Below, in pieces: positions 45,587-54,177 of a stretch of 64,000 bases of DNA. Location: assembly GCA_047459075.1 (NCBI GenBank), contig VSCH01000007.1, positions 19,606 through 83,605 of the forward strand, written 5' to 3'. The notes under the pieces were generated by a model. It ran no database searches. It was not told the origin of the DNA and saw only the letters and a list, made by a program, of their open reading frames with translations. The position numbers and the translations under genes were made by a program. Source of the DNA: Acidimicrobiia bacterium (lineage in GTDB: Bacteria; Actinomycetota; Acidimicrobiia; Acidimicrobiales; VFJN01). Position 1 is the stretch's first letter. Every line of letters starts with the position of its first letter.

Positions 45587-46629
45587 GCCGTCCCGTCCCC
45601 CGGCACCGGCGCCGCCTCGCCGGCGGCGTCGAGCCGGGCGGCGAGGTCCCCCATCGTCACGACCTCGAGGCGGCCCGCGTCCCGCAGGCGGGCCGCCGCC
45701 GCGCAGACCCGGTCGAGCGCGACCAGCGCCCGCTCGGGGTCGGCGGTGACGTTGTAGGGGTGGAACCAGAGGTGGAACAGCGACCGGTGCCGGGCGGCCT
45801 GGCGCAGCCGGGCGATCGGGCGCCGCGCCCACACCGCCGGCGGCAGGCGGCCGCCGCGCTCGACCGGGGCGAACAGGTAGGTCTGCGGCACGTTCCACAC
45901 GCCGCTCGGGTGGCGGGCCGGCAGCACGGCCGACCCCCGCAGGGGCCGCACGGTGTCGACCAGCGCCAGGGCCCGCCGCCGCCACGCCGGCTCCCCCGCG
46001 AACGGCGGCACCGGCCGGCCGCCCCGGTAGCAGCGGAAGCCGTGCTCGGCGAGCAGCGGGATCTGGGCGATGGCGTTGCGGGGGTAGACGAACGACCGCA
46101 GCGCCAGGCCCCGCTCGCCGGCGACCCGGACGGCCGCCCGCAGCTCGGAGGCGAACACCTCGGGCGTGCAGGCCGGGTCGTCCACGACGACGTGGGTGAA
46201 CCCGTGGCTCGCCACCTCCTGGGGGACGGGGCAGGCGACGATGGCGTCGACGATGTCCCGCCCGTACCAGGACGGCGCCCGCTCGAGGTCGCTGCACGGG
46301 TCGACGGCCAGCCACTCCTCGTCGAGCCACGAGTAGCGGGGCGTGACCAGCTCGGGGTGGGGGCCGGCGCCGTCGCCGTCGCCCCCGCACCGGTCGAGGA
46401 ACAGGTGGCCGACGATCGCCCAGGTGGCCGGGATCTCGTAGCGGGCGAACAGCCCGAGGATGCGGTCGATGACCTCCCGCTCGTCCTCGAAGCGGTGGCG
46501 CACCGAGCCGTCCCGCCGGTGGGCCATCCCCCACGCGAGCTCGGTGTCGATGGAGATGACGCAGGTGCCCACCTCCAGGGGGACCGTCGCCGGCCCGGCG
46601 GCCACGGCGGCCTCGGGGGCGGCGGTCAC
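45562..46629 (-). CDS. polysaccharide deacetylase-like protein (divergent CE4)
   Basis: The GTG at 46629 overlaps the upstream stop (GTGA). CVISIDTELAWG, EVASHGFTHV and SFVYPRN correspond to NodB motifs 1-3 in a divergent form. Length is 355 aa. Confidence 0.72.
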   Translation of the reverse strand: MTAAPEAAVAAGPATVPLEVGTCVISIDTELAWGMAHRRDGSVRHRFEDEREVIDRILGLFARYEIPATWAIVGHLFLDRCGGDGDGAGPHPELVTPRYSWLDEEWLAVDPCSDLERAPSWYGRDIVDAIVACPVPQEVASHGFTHVVVDDPACTPEVFASELRAAVRVAGERGLALRSFVYPRNAIAQIPLLAEHGFRCYRGGRPVPPFAGEPAWRRRALALVDTVRPLRGSAVLPARHPSGVWNVPQTYLFAPVERGGRLPPAVWARRPIARLRQAARHRSLFHLWFHPYNVTADPERALVALDRVCAAAARLRDAGRLEVVTMGDLAARLDAAGEAAPVPGDGTAQPSAGCS

Positions 46630-47891
46630 GGCCGCACCCCCGCCCCCGCCCGGGCGCCGACGGCCCGGGACTCCAGCAGGTCGCCCAGGTCGCGCGCCAC
46701 CGCGTCCAGCGCGTAGGTGCGCCGGGCCCAGGCCTGCGCCGCGCGGGCCCGCTCCCGCCGGTCGGGGGCCCGCCAGGCGGCCAGCATGGCCGCGGCCAGG
46801 GCGTCCGGGTCGCCGGGCTCGGCCAGCCAGGCGTGGCGGTCGCCCTCGGTCAGCTCGGCGACCGGCGGGATGGCGAAGGCCGCCACCGGGGTGCCGAGCA
46901 CGAGCGCCTCGACGACCGCCCCCGGCAGGCCCTCGGAGAGCGAGCTGAAGGCGAACACGTCGGCCGCCGCCACCAGGGCCCGGGCGTCGGACCGGTGGCC
47001 GAGGAGCGCCACGGCGTCGCCGGTGCCGGTGCGCTCGACCGCGGCCCCCACGGCGCCCTCGGCCGGCCCGGGGGCGCCGGCGATCGCGAGGCGGGCGTCG
47101 GGCAGCTCGGCCCGGACCCGGGCGAACGCCTCGACGAGCAGGTGCTGGGCCTTCTCCGGCACCAGCCGGGCGACGTTGACGAAGAGGGGCACGCCGTCGG
47201 GCAGGCCGAACGCGGCCCGGCCGGCGCCCGCCGCGCCCGCGGCGATCCCGTCGACGTCGACGCCCCGGCGCACGACGGTGGCCACCGTGGTCGGCAGGCC
47301 GAGCAGCGCGCAGTTCGTGTCGCGGGCGTGCGCGCCGACCGCCCGGAAGTGGACGTCGCCCCGCCGGGCGGCGGTCCGGGCCGCGCGGTGCATCAGCCGG
47401 GCCTTCCAGCTCGTGAGCTGGGGGGCCAGGCCCTGCAGCACGCGGGCGTCGCCGGAGCGGTTGAACGTCGAGACGACCGGCACGCCCAGCCGGGCGCCCG
47501 CGATCTGGCCGACCAGGTTGGCGGTGAACAGCGACGTGTGCACCACGTCGGGGCGCAGCTCCCGCAGCACCGGCACCAGCCGCCGGGCGATCAGCGGCCA
47601 CCGGCGCCCGGCGCGGAAGGCGTGGAAGCCGAGGGCCACGACCGGCACGCCGGCCTCCACCAGCCGCGGCTCGAGGTCGTCCCGCTCGAACAGGCGCACC
47701 AGCGCCTGGTCGAACCGGTCGCCGAGCGCCACCACCTCGTCGACCAGCCGGTTCTCGGCGCCACCCGCCGCGGACAGCGAGTCGATGACGTGCACCACCC
47801 GCAGCCGTCGGGCGGCGGCGGGCCGGCCCGCGGCCGCCGCGGCGGTGGCCGCCAGCCCCGGCGCGTCCTCGCTCGCGACGCCGCGCCTCAC
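46626..47891 (-). CDS. GT4-family glycosyltransferase
   Basis: The GTG at 47891 overlaps the upstream stop (GTGA). RVVHVIDSLSAAGGAE, PDVVHTSLF, ARLVPEKA and FSSLSEGLPGAVVEALVLGTPVAA are present. Confidence 0.88.
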   Translation of the reverse strand: MRRGVASEDAPGLAATAAAAAGRPAAARRLRVVHVIDSLSAAGGAENRLVDEVVALGDRFDQALVRLFERDDLEPRLVEAGVPVVALGFHAFRAGRRWPLIARRLVPVLRELRPDVVHTSLFTANLVGQIAGARLGVPVVSTFNRSGDARVLQGLAPQLTSWKARLMHRAARTAARRGDVHFRAVGAHARDTNCALLGLPTTVATVVRRGVDVDGIAAGAAGAGRAAFGLPDGVPLFVNVARLVPEKAQHLLVEAFARVRAELPDARLAIAGAPGPAEGAVGAAVERTGTGDAVALLGHRSDARALVAAADVFAFSSLSEGLPGAVVEALVLGTPVAAFAIPPVAELTEGDRHAWLAEPGDPDALAAAMLAAWRAPDRRERARAAQAWARRTYALDAVARDLGDLLESRAVGARAGAGVRP

Positions 47892-48754
47892 GACACCTCG
47901 CCCACGTCGACCGAGGTGATCCGGGCCGCCGGCGCCACGGCCGGCGGCGCCAGGTGCCCGACCAGCCAGCCGGCGGTGCGCTCGACCAGCTCGTCGGGCG
48001 CCGCCGCCGGGACGGGGCGACCGGCGCGGCTCCCGTCGCAGGGCACGGCGACCTCCTCCACCGGGAAGCCCCGGGACCGGCACCGGGCGACGTCGTCGCC
48101 CCCGGTGCCCGGGCCGTCGCCCGCCGTCCAGGCGACGAACAGCGGCCGGGGCTCGGCGCCCAGCTCGTCGACGAGGCCGCCGACGACCACGCCCTCCGCC
48201 AGCGCGGCGCCGAGGCGGGTGCCGAGCACGTCGACCGCCGGCGCCCCGGGCGCCGCGGCCCGCCGGCGGGCGGCCTGCTCGAGGACGGTGCGGGTGCGGG
48301 TGACCGGCTGCCACAGGGCGACGGGCGCCCCCGGCAGCGACCGGGCCAGGCGGGCCGCCACGAGCGCGCCGAGGCGGACGCCGAGGAGCCCGACCCGCTC
48401 GACCGGGCACCGGTCGCGCAGCAGCTCGAGCGCCCGGCGGGCGTCGTCCACGAGCGCCTCGACATCGACGGCCGCCGCGGCCTCCGGTGCCGCCACGGGG
48501 TCGAGCCACCCGAACCGCTGGACGGCCACCCCGGCGCGGGCGAGGCGGCGTCCGAGCCGGGCCGTGCGCCCGGCGTCGACGGGCTGGTCGAAGGGGGGCG
48601 CCGTGCAGACGAGGACCACGGCCCGCAGGTCGGCGTCGGGCACGTGGCGGCACCCGAGGAGGTGCGCCCCGGGTCCGACGACCTCGACCTGCTCGCGGAC
48701 GGCGGCGCCGGACGCCGACCCTGCCTCCGCTTCCCGTCCGTCTTCCTGTCCCAT
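47888..48754 (-). CDS. alpha/beta-hydrolase-fold-like protein lacking an obvious nucleophile serine
   Basis: The ATG at 48754 lies within the 49180 ORF. The layout is that of an alpha/beta hydrolase (AVVLVCTAPPFDQP...LARAGVAVQRFGW...VGLLGVRLGALVAARLA...VALWQPV), but the nucleophile-elbow position reads G-V-R-L-G. Confidence 0.5.
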   Translation of the reverse strand: MGQEDGREAEAGSASGAAVREQVEVVGPGAHLLGCRHVPDADLRAVVLVCTAPPFDQPVDAGRTARLGRRLARAGVAVQRFGWLDPVAAPEAAAAVDVEALVDDARRALELLRDRCPVERVGLLGVRLGALVAARLARSLPGAPVALWQPVTRTRTVLEQAARRRAAAPGAPAVDVLGTRLGAALAEGVVVGGLVDELGAEPRPLFVAWTAGDGPGTGGDDVARCRSRGFPVEEVAVPCDGSRAGRPVPAAAPDELVERTAGWLVGHLAPPAVAPAARITSVDVGEVS

Positions 48755-48851
48755 CTCGTGTTCCGCCCGCGCTCTCGGTAGGGAGGTCAGCGCTCGCCAG
48801 ACCCTAGCCTGCGGCTGTGGACCGGGAAAGCGGCCACGAAAGCAGGTGGCT

Positions 48852-49970
48852 ATGTCACATGGAGTGAGATCTCGGGCGGGTGAGGCGGACGGCCCCGTGC
48901 TCCACGTGGTCACGGCCGCCCGGCGGCGGGGCGCGGAGACCTTCGCCGTCGACCTCGCCGAGGCCCTGGGGGCACGCGGCGTGCCCTCCGAGGTCGTCGC
49001 GCTGGCCCCCGCCGACGCCGGCGACCCGCTGCCGGTCGCCGTGCTGGGGCCCGGGGCGCTGGCCCCGGCGACGCTGCGGGCCCTCCGCCGCCGGGCGCGA
49101 CGGGCACGGGCGGTCGTCGCCCACGGGTCCCGCACGCTGCCGGCGAGCGCCCTCGCCCTCGCCGGCCTGCGCACCCCCACCGTCTACCGCAGCATCGGCG
49201 ACCCGGCCGCCTGGGCGGGCTCCGGCCGCCGCCGGCTGCAGACCCGGCTGCTGCTCGCCCGGGTGGACGCCGTCACCGTGCTGTGGCCGTCGGCCGCCGA
49301 GGACGTCCACCGGCTGCACGGCGTGCCCCGGGAGCGCATCCACGTCCTGCCCAACGCCGTGCCCGCCGCCCGCTGCCCGGTGCCGACGGCGGCCGACCGG
49401 GCGGAGGCCCGGCGGCGCTTCGGCCTCCCCGCCGAGGCGCCGGTCGTCGCCGTCGTCGGCGCCCTCGCCCCCGAGAAGCGGGTGGGCGACGCGATCGCCG
49501 CGGTGGCGACGCTCCCGGACGCCCACCTCCTCGTGGCCGGCGACGGGCCCGAGCGGGCGGCCCTGGAGGGCCGGGCCGCGGCCGAGGCGCCCGGGCGGGT
49601 CGTCTTCGCCGGCTCGCTGCCCGGGCCGGCGGCCGCCCTCGCCGCCGCCGACGTCGTCGCGCTCCCCAGCCGGACCGAGGGGATGCCCGGCGTGCTGATC
49701 GAGGCGGGCCTGTCGGGCGTGCCCGCGGTCGCCACCGACGTCGGCGGGGTCGGCGAGATCGTCGTCGACGGCGAGACCGGCGTGCTCGTGCCGCCCGGCG
49801 ACGTGACGGCGCTCGCCGCCGGGCTGGGCCGGGCCCTGGCCGACCGCGACGGCCTGGGCGCCGCCGCCCGGCGCCGCTGCCTCGCCCGCTTCGAGATCGG
49901 GCCGGTGGCCGACCGCTGGCACGACCTGCTGGCGGCGCTGACCGACCCCGGGGCGGCGGGCGGTGGCTGA
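48852..49970 (+). CDS. GT4-family glycosyltransferase
   Basis: The ATG at 48852 lies in the frame of ORF 46833..49970. VLHVVTAARRRGAE, GALAPEKR and LPSRTEGMPGVLIEAGLSGVPAVATDVGGVGEIV are present. Confidence 0.88.
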   Translation: MSHGVRSRAGEADGPVLHVVTAARRRGAETFAVDLAEALGARGVPSEVVALAPADAGDPLPVAVLGPGALAPATLRALRRRARRARAVVAHGSRTLPASALALAGLRTPTVYRSIGDPAAWAGSGRRRLQTRLLLARVDAVTVLWPSAAEDVHRLHGVPRERIHVLPNAVPAARCPVPTAADRAEARRRFGLPAEAPVVAVVGALAPEKRVGDAIAAVATLPDAHLLVAGDGPERAALEGRAAAEAPGRVVFAGSLPGPAAALAAADVVALPSRTEGMPGVLIEAGLSGVPAVATDVGGVGEIVVDGETGVLVPPGDVTALAAGLGRALADRDGLGAAARRRCLARFEIGPVADRWHDLLAALTDPGAAGGG

Positions 49971-50060
49971 CCGGCGCCCGCCCCGGGCCGGCGTCGACAC
50001 GGCCGCGACGGCGCCCCTACCCTGGGCCGTCCCAGCTGACCAGGGCGGAGGCAGCACACC

Positions 50061-51215
50061 GTGACCGACCAGGATCCCGGCGCCGACCGGCGCACCCGCG
50101 TCCTCATGCTCACCAAGGGCCTCGGTCGCGGGGGCACCGAGCGGCTCATCGTCGGCGCCGCCCGGCACCTCGACCGCCGCCGCTTCGACCTCGAGGTCGC
50201 CTACCTGCTGCCGTGGAAGGACGCCTTCGTCCCCGACGTGGAGGCCACCGGCACCCCGGTCCACTGCCTCGACGGCCCCCGGCCGACCAGCCTCGGCTGG
50301 CTGCGGCGCCTGCGGCGCCTCGTGCGGGAGCGCGAGATCGACGTCGTCCACACCCACATGCCGCTGCCCGCCGCTCTCGCCCGCCTCGCCCTGCCCGGCC
50401 GGCGGCCCGCCTTCGTGCACACCGAGCACAACCTGTGGGACCGCTACCAGCGGCCGACCCGGTGGGCCAACGCCCTCACCTACGGCCGCAACGCCCGGGC
50501 GATCGCCGTGTCCGACGGCGTCGCCGCCTCGATCCGCTCGTCGGTGCCGGTCGAGGTCGTCGTCCACGGCGTCGACCCGACGCAGGTCGTGACCGGCCCG
50601 GCCGCCCGGCGCGCCGCCCGCGAGCGCCTCGGCCTCGACCCCGCGGCGCCGGTCGTCGGCACGGTCGGCAACTTCACGCCGAAGAAGGACCAGGCCACCC
50701 TCCTGCGGGCGGTCGCCGCGCTGGCCGACGACCCGGCCCCGACGCTCGTGCTCGTCGGCCTCGGCCCGCTCGAGGGCGAGCTGCGGGACCTCGCCGCCCG
50801 GCTCGGCATCGACCGGCGGGTGCTGTTCGCCGGGTCCCGCGACGACGTGTTCGAGCTGCTCCCGGGGTTCGACGCCTTCGTGCTCAGCTCCCGGTTCGAG
50901 GGCCTGCCGATCGCGCTCCTCGAGGCCATGGCCACCGGCGTCGCCCCCGTCGTGACCCCGGTGGGAGGCATCCCCGAGGTCGTCACCGACGGCGTCGACG
51001 GGCTGCTCGTCCCGCCCGGCGACCCCGGCGCGCTGGCCTCGGCGCTCGGCAAGGTGCTGCGCGACGACGACCTGCGGGCCGACCTCGGCGCCCGGGCCCG
51101 GGAGCGGGCGCGGGCCTTCGACCTCGTGCACGCCGTCCGCCGGACCGAGGCGATCTACCGGCTGGCGCTGGGCCGCCCGGCCCCGGGTGACGAGCCCGCC
51201 GGCGCCGGCCCCTGA
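50061..51215 (+). CDS. GT4-family glycosyltransferase
   Basis: RVLMLTKGLGRGGTERL, IDVVHTHMP, GNFTPKKD and LSSRFEGLPIALLEAMATGVAPVVTPVGGIPEVV are present. Length is 384 aa. Confidence 0.9.
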   Translation: MTDQDPGADRRTRVLMLTKGLGRGGTERLIVGAARHLDRRRFDLEVAYLLPWKDAFVPDVEATGTPVHCLDGPRPTSLGWLRRLRRLVREREIDVVHTHMPLPAALARLALPGRRPAFVHTEHNLWDRYQRPTRWANALTYGRNARAIAVSDGVAASIRSSVPVEVVVHGVDPTQVVTGPAARRAARERLGLDPAAPVVGTVGNFTPKKDQATLLRAVAALADDPAPTLVLVGLGPLEGELRDLAARLGIDRRVLFAGSRDDVFELLPGFDAFVLSSRFEGLPIALLEAMATGVAPVVTPVGGIPEVVTDGVDGLLVPPGDPGALASALGKVLRDDDLRADLGARARERARAFDLVHAVRRTEAIYRLALGRPAPGDEPAGAGP

Positions 51216-51238
51216 CCGCCGCCGGCCGGCCCGGCCCG

Positions 51239-52600
51239 CTACCCCAGCTCGACGACGACGGCGACGACCTGCCCGAAGGTGTCCTCGCTGCCGGCCGGCG
51301 CGGCGTTGAACCCGATGTGCAGCGTCGTCCCGTCGGGGGCGACGGCGATGTTGTAGGTGCCGCCCAGCGTGAGGTCGAGGGCCTCCCGGGCCAGGGGGTC
51401 GAGCTCGACGACGACCCGCTCGTCGCCGGTCGCCGTGTCGACCTCGACGAGCGGCGTGCCCTGCTCGGGCGCGTCGCCGTGGGCCCCCGGCACGTACCAG
51501 AGCCGGTCCCCCTCGGGCGAGAGCGCGAGGGAGGCCGTGTAGCCCCGCAGCTCGCCCAGCTCCCGCAGCGTGCCGTCGGGCTCGAGCGCCAGCAGCACCT
51601 CGGGCTCCTCGGTGGCGAGGTAGACGGTGCCGTCCGGGGCGGGCGGGGTGGCGGCCCGCAGGAACTCCCCCGGCAGCTGCAGGTCGAGGTCGGTCAGCTC
51701 GCCGGTCGCCGGGTCCCAGCGGGCGAGGCGCCCGCCGGTGCGGGAGAACAGGACCCGGCCCTCGGCGTCGACGGCCATGGCCCGGAAGCCCCGGTGGTCC
51801 TCCTCGTCGGGCGTGGCGAAGACCCGCTCGCCGGTCGCCATGTCGAGCACGACGAAGGCCCCCCGCTGGGGGTCGAAGCGGTCGGGGTCGGCGGCCTCGG
51901 CGTAGAGCAGGCCGCCCGGCGCCCAGCCCGCCAGCGACGGGACGCCGTGCTCCTCGAGCACCGGGCCCAGGCTCTCGGTCGTGCGCCGCTCGGGGTCGAT
52001 CCGCAGCAGGACGTCGCCCTGGTAGCTGCCGCCGTACTCGATGCCGTCGCGGGTGCCCCAGTAGGTCGCGGCGTACACCTCGCCGCAGGGGCCGAGGACC
52101 ATCTGGGCGTGCACCTTGCCGTAGCCCCAGTCGCCGGGCTCGTGGCCCGCGACCGAGGCGACATCCGCGACCAGCGTCAGGCGGCCGGCCTCGGGGTCGA
52201 GCTCGTAGAGGTAGCTGTTGCCGTCGCGCCCCAGGTGGTCGCCCACGGCCGACAGCGACCGGCCGTCCTCCAGCACCACGCCCTGGCCCCACTGCGACCA
52301 GGGGTCGCCCTCGTGGTCGGGCAGGGGGTGGACCGCGGCCCGCACCCGGGGCTCGCCGTCGCCGCCCTCCGCCAGCGTGACCAGCTCGGCCGACGGCCCG
52401 TCCTCCCAGGGCACGGCGCCGTCGCCCGGCTCGGGGCACGTGGCCGGCCGGCCACCCCCGTCGCCGCCGCCGGCCGCCGCGGGCGCCTCGGTGGTCGTCG
52501 ACCCGGTCGGCGCCGACGCGCCGCTGTCGCCGTCGTCGCCGCACGCGAACAGCGCACCACCCAGGAGGATCGCCACCGCCAGGACGTGCCGCCGCGCCAC
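51239..52600 (-). CDS. lipoprotein of unknown function, possibly beta-propeller-like
   Basis: The signal peptide with lipobox is MARRHVLAVAILLGGALFAC. It is followed by a low-complexity linker and then repeated short strand-turn units (GRVLFSRTGGRLARWDP, GTVYLATEE, GDRLWYVPG, DGTTLHIGFN). I did not recognise a family. Confidence 0.6.
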   Translation of the reverse strand: MARRHVLAVAILLGGALFACGDDGDSGASAPTGSTTTEAPAAAGGGDGGGRPATCPEPGDGAVPWEDGPSAELVTLAEGGDGEPRVRAAVHPLPDHEGDPWSQWGQGVVLEDGRSLSAVGDHLGRDGNSYLYELDPEAGRLTLVADVASVAGHEPGDWGYGKVHAQMVLGPCGEVYAATYWGTRDGIEYGGSYQGDVLLRIDPERRTTESLGPVLEEHGVPSLAGWAPGGLLYAEAADPDRFDPQRGAFVVLDMATGERVFATPDEEDHRGFRAMAVDAEGRVLFSRTGGRLARWDPATGELTDLDLQLPGEFLRAATPPAPDGTVYLATEEPEVLLALEPDGTLRELGELRGYTASLALSPEGDRLWYVPGAHGDAPEQGTPLVEVDTATGDERVVVELDPLAREALDLTLGGTYNIAVAPDGTTLHIGFNAAPAGSEDTFGQVVAVVVELG

Positions 52601-52776
52601 CCGCGCACCCTAACACCGCATCCGGCCGACCACAGCCCGGCGTCGACACCGGCGCCCCGACCACCTACCCTGGGGGCGCCACACGTGGCAGGCAGGCGGA
52701 AGCGGGACGTGATGCGCGCAGTGCACAACGGCGGGTGCCCCACCCACGGGGCCGGTCCGGGGCCGGCAGAGGCTCG

Positions 52777-54177
52777 ATGGGCCAGCTGACCGCGCGCCTC
52801 CGGCTGCCGACCTGGGAGGAGGTGTCCCGCCACTCCTGGACCTTCGCGGCGGCGGCCTACCTGCTCGTCATGACGGTCAGCGCCACCCGGCTGACCTGGA
52901 ACACCTGGGCGCCGCTGGCCTTCGTCCCGATCCTCTTCGCCGTCACCATCCCGCTGCTCAAGCGCGGCCTGCGCAAGGAGCCCGACCGCCGCATCGAGCG
53001 CATCGTGGTCGTGGCCTTCGTGGCCAAGATGCTGGGGTCGGTGGCCCGCTACGTGCTCACCTACGGGCTCTACGACGCCGCCGACGCCACCGACTACCAC
53101 GAGTCCGGCACCCGCCTGGCCGAGGCCTTCTGGGCCGGCAACTACGCCCGGGTGGCCGAGGTCGAGGTGCCCGAGCTGACCGGCACCCCGTTCATCCGGC
53201 TGGTCACCGGCATCATCTACATCGTCACCAAGCCCACGATCCTCGGCGGCTTCATCATCTTCGCCTGGCTGAGCTTCCTCGGGCTGTTCTTCTTCTACAA
53301 GGCGGTCGTCGTCGGCTTCCCCGAGGCCAACCACCGGCGCTACGCCTTCCTCGTCTTCTTCCTGCCGTCGATGCTCTACTGGCCCTCGAGCATCGGGAAG
53401 GAGGCGTGGATCTCCTTCGGGCTGGGACTGGCCAGCTACGGCATCGCGCTGATCATGCGCCACCAGCCCCTCGGCTACCCGGTGGCGGGGCTCGGCCTGC
53501 TGGCCACCGCCGGACCCCGCCCGCACATCACCGTGCTGTGCGTCGTGTCGCTGATGCTCGCCTACACGCTGCGGCGCCGGTCGTGGCGGGAGACGACCAT
53601 GGGCCCGGTGGGCAAGGCGGTCGGCCTCGTCGTCCTGCTGGCCGTGGGCGTGGCCGTCGTCAGCAAGGCGGCCTCGTTCTTCGACGTCGACAGCGTGTCG
53701 CCCCAGGGCGTCGAGCAGGTCTTCGACTACACCACCCAGCAGTCGGGCCAGGGCGGCTCGGAGTTCGAGCCGGTGCGGGTCAAGTCGCCGACGGAGTTCC
53801 CGAGCGCCATGTTCGCCGTGCTGTTCCGGCCCATGCCCTGGGAGGCCAGCAACGCCCAGGCGCTCATCGCCGCGGCCGAGGGCACGATGCTGCTCGTGCT
53901 CTGCGCGGCGGCGCTCCCCCAGCTCGTCCGGCTGCCGAAGTACCTGTTCCGGGTGCCGTACGTGGCCTACGCGCTCACGTACACGGTGATGTTCGTCATC
54001 GCCTTCTCGTCCATCAGCAACTTCGGCATCCTCACCCGCCAGCGCACCCAGGTGCTGCCGCTGCTGCTCGTCCTGCTGGTGCTGCCCCGGGACATCGGGC
54101 GGGCCGAGCCCAGCCGGCCCCCGACGCTCGAGGAGCGCACCCGGGTGCTGGCCCGCACGGCCGCCCGCCGCTACTGA
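52777..54177 (+). CDS. polytopic membrane protein, candidate polysaccharide polymerase (Wzy/O-antigen-ligase-like)
   Basis: The ATG at 52777 lies inside the 52735 ORF. There are about 10-12 hydrophobic helices with one larger hydrophilic loop (DVDSVSPQGVEQVFDYTTQQSGQGGSEFEPVRVKSP). Its position inside a glycan locus suggests a polymerase. The functional call is by context only. Confidence 0.55.
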   Translation: MGQLTARLRLPTWEEVSRHSWTFAAAAYLLVMTVSATRLTWNTWAPLAFVPILFAVTIPLLKRGLRKEPDRRIERIVVVAFVAKMLGSVARYVLTYGLYDAADATDYHESGTRLAEAFWAGNYARVAEVEVPELTGTPFIRLVTGIIYIVTKPTILGGFIIFAWLSFLGLFFFYKAVVVGFPEANHRRYAFLVFFLPSMLYWPSSIGKEAWISFGLGLASYGIALIMRHQPLGYPVAGLGLLATAGPRPHITVLCVVSLMLAYTLRRRSWRETTMGPVGKAVGLVVLLAVGVAVVSKAASFFDVDSVSPQGVEQVFDYTTQQSGQGGSEFEPVRVKSPTEFPSAMFAVLFRPMPWEASNAQALIAAAEGTMLLVLCAAALPQLVRLPKYLFRVPYVAYALTYTVMFVIAFSSISNFGILTRQRTQVLPLLLVLLVLPRDIGRAEPSRPPTLEERTRVLARTAARRY

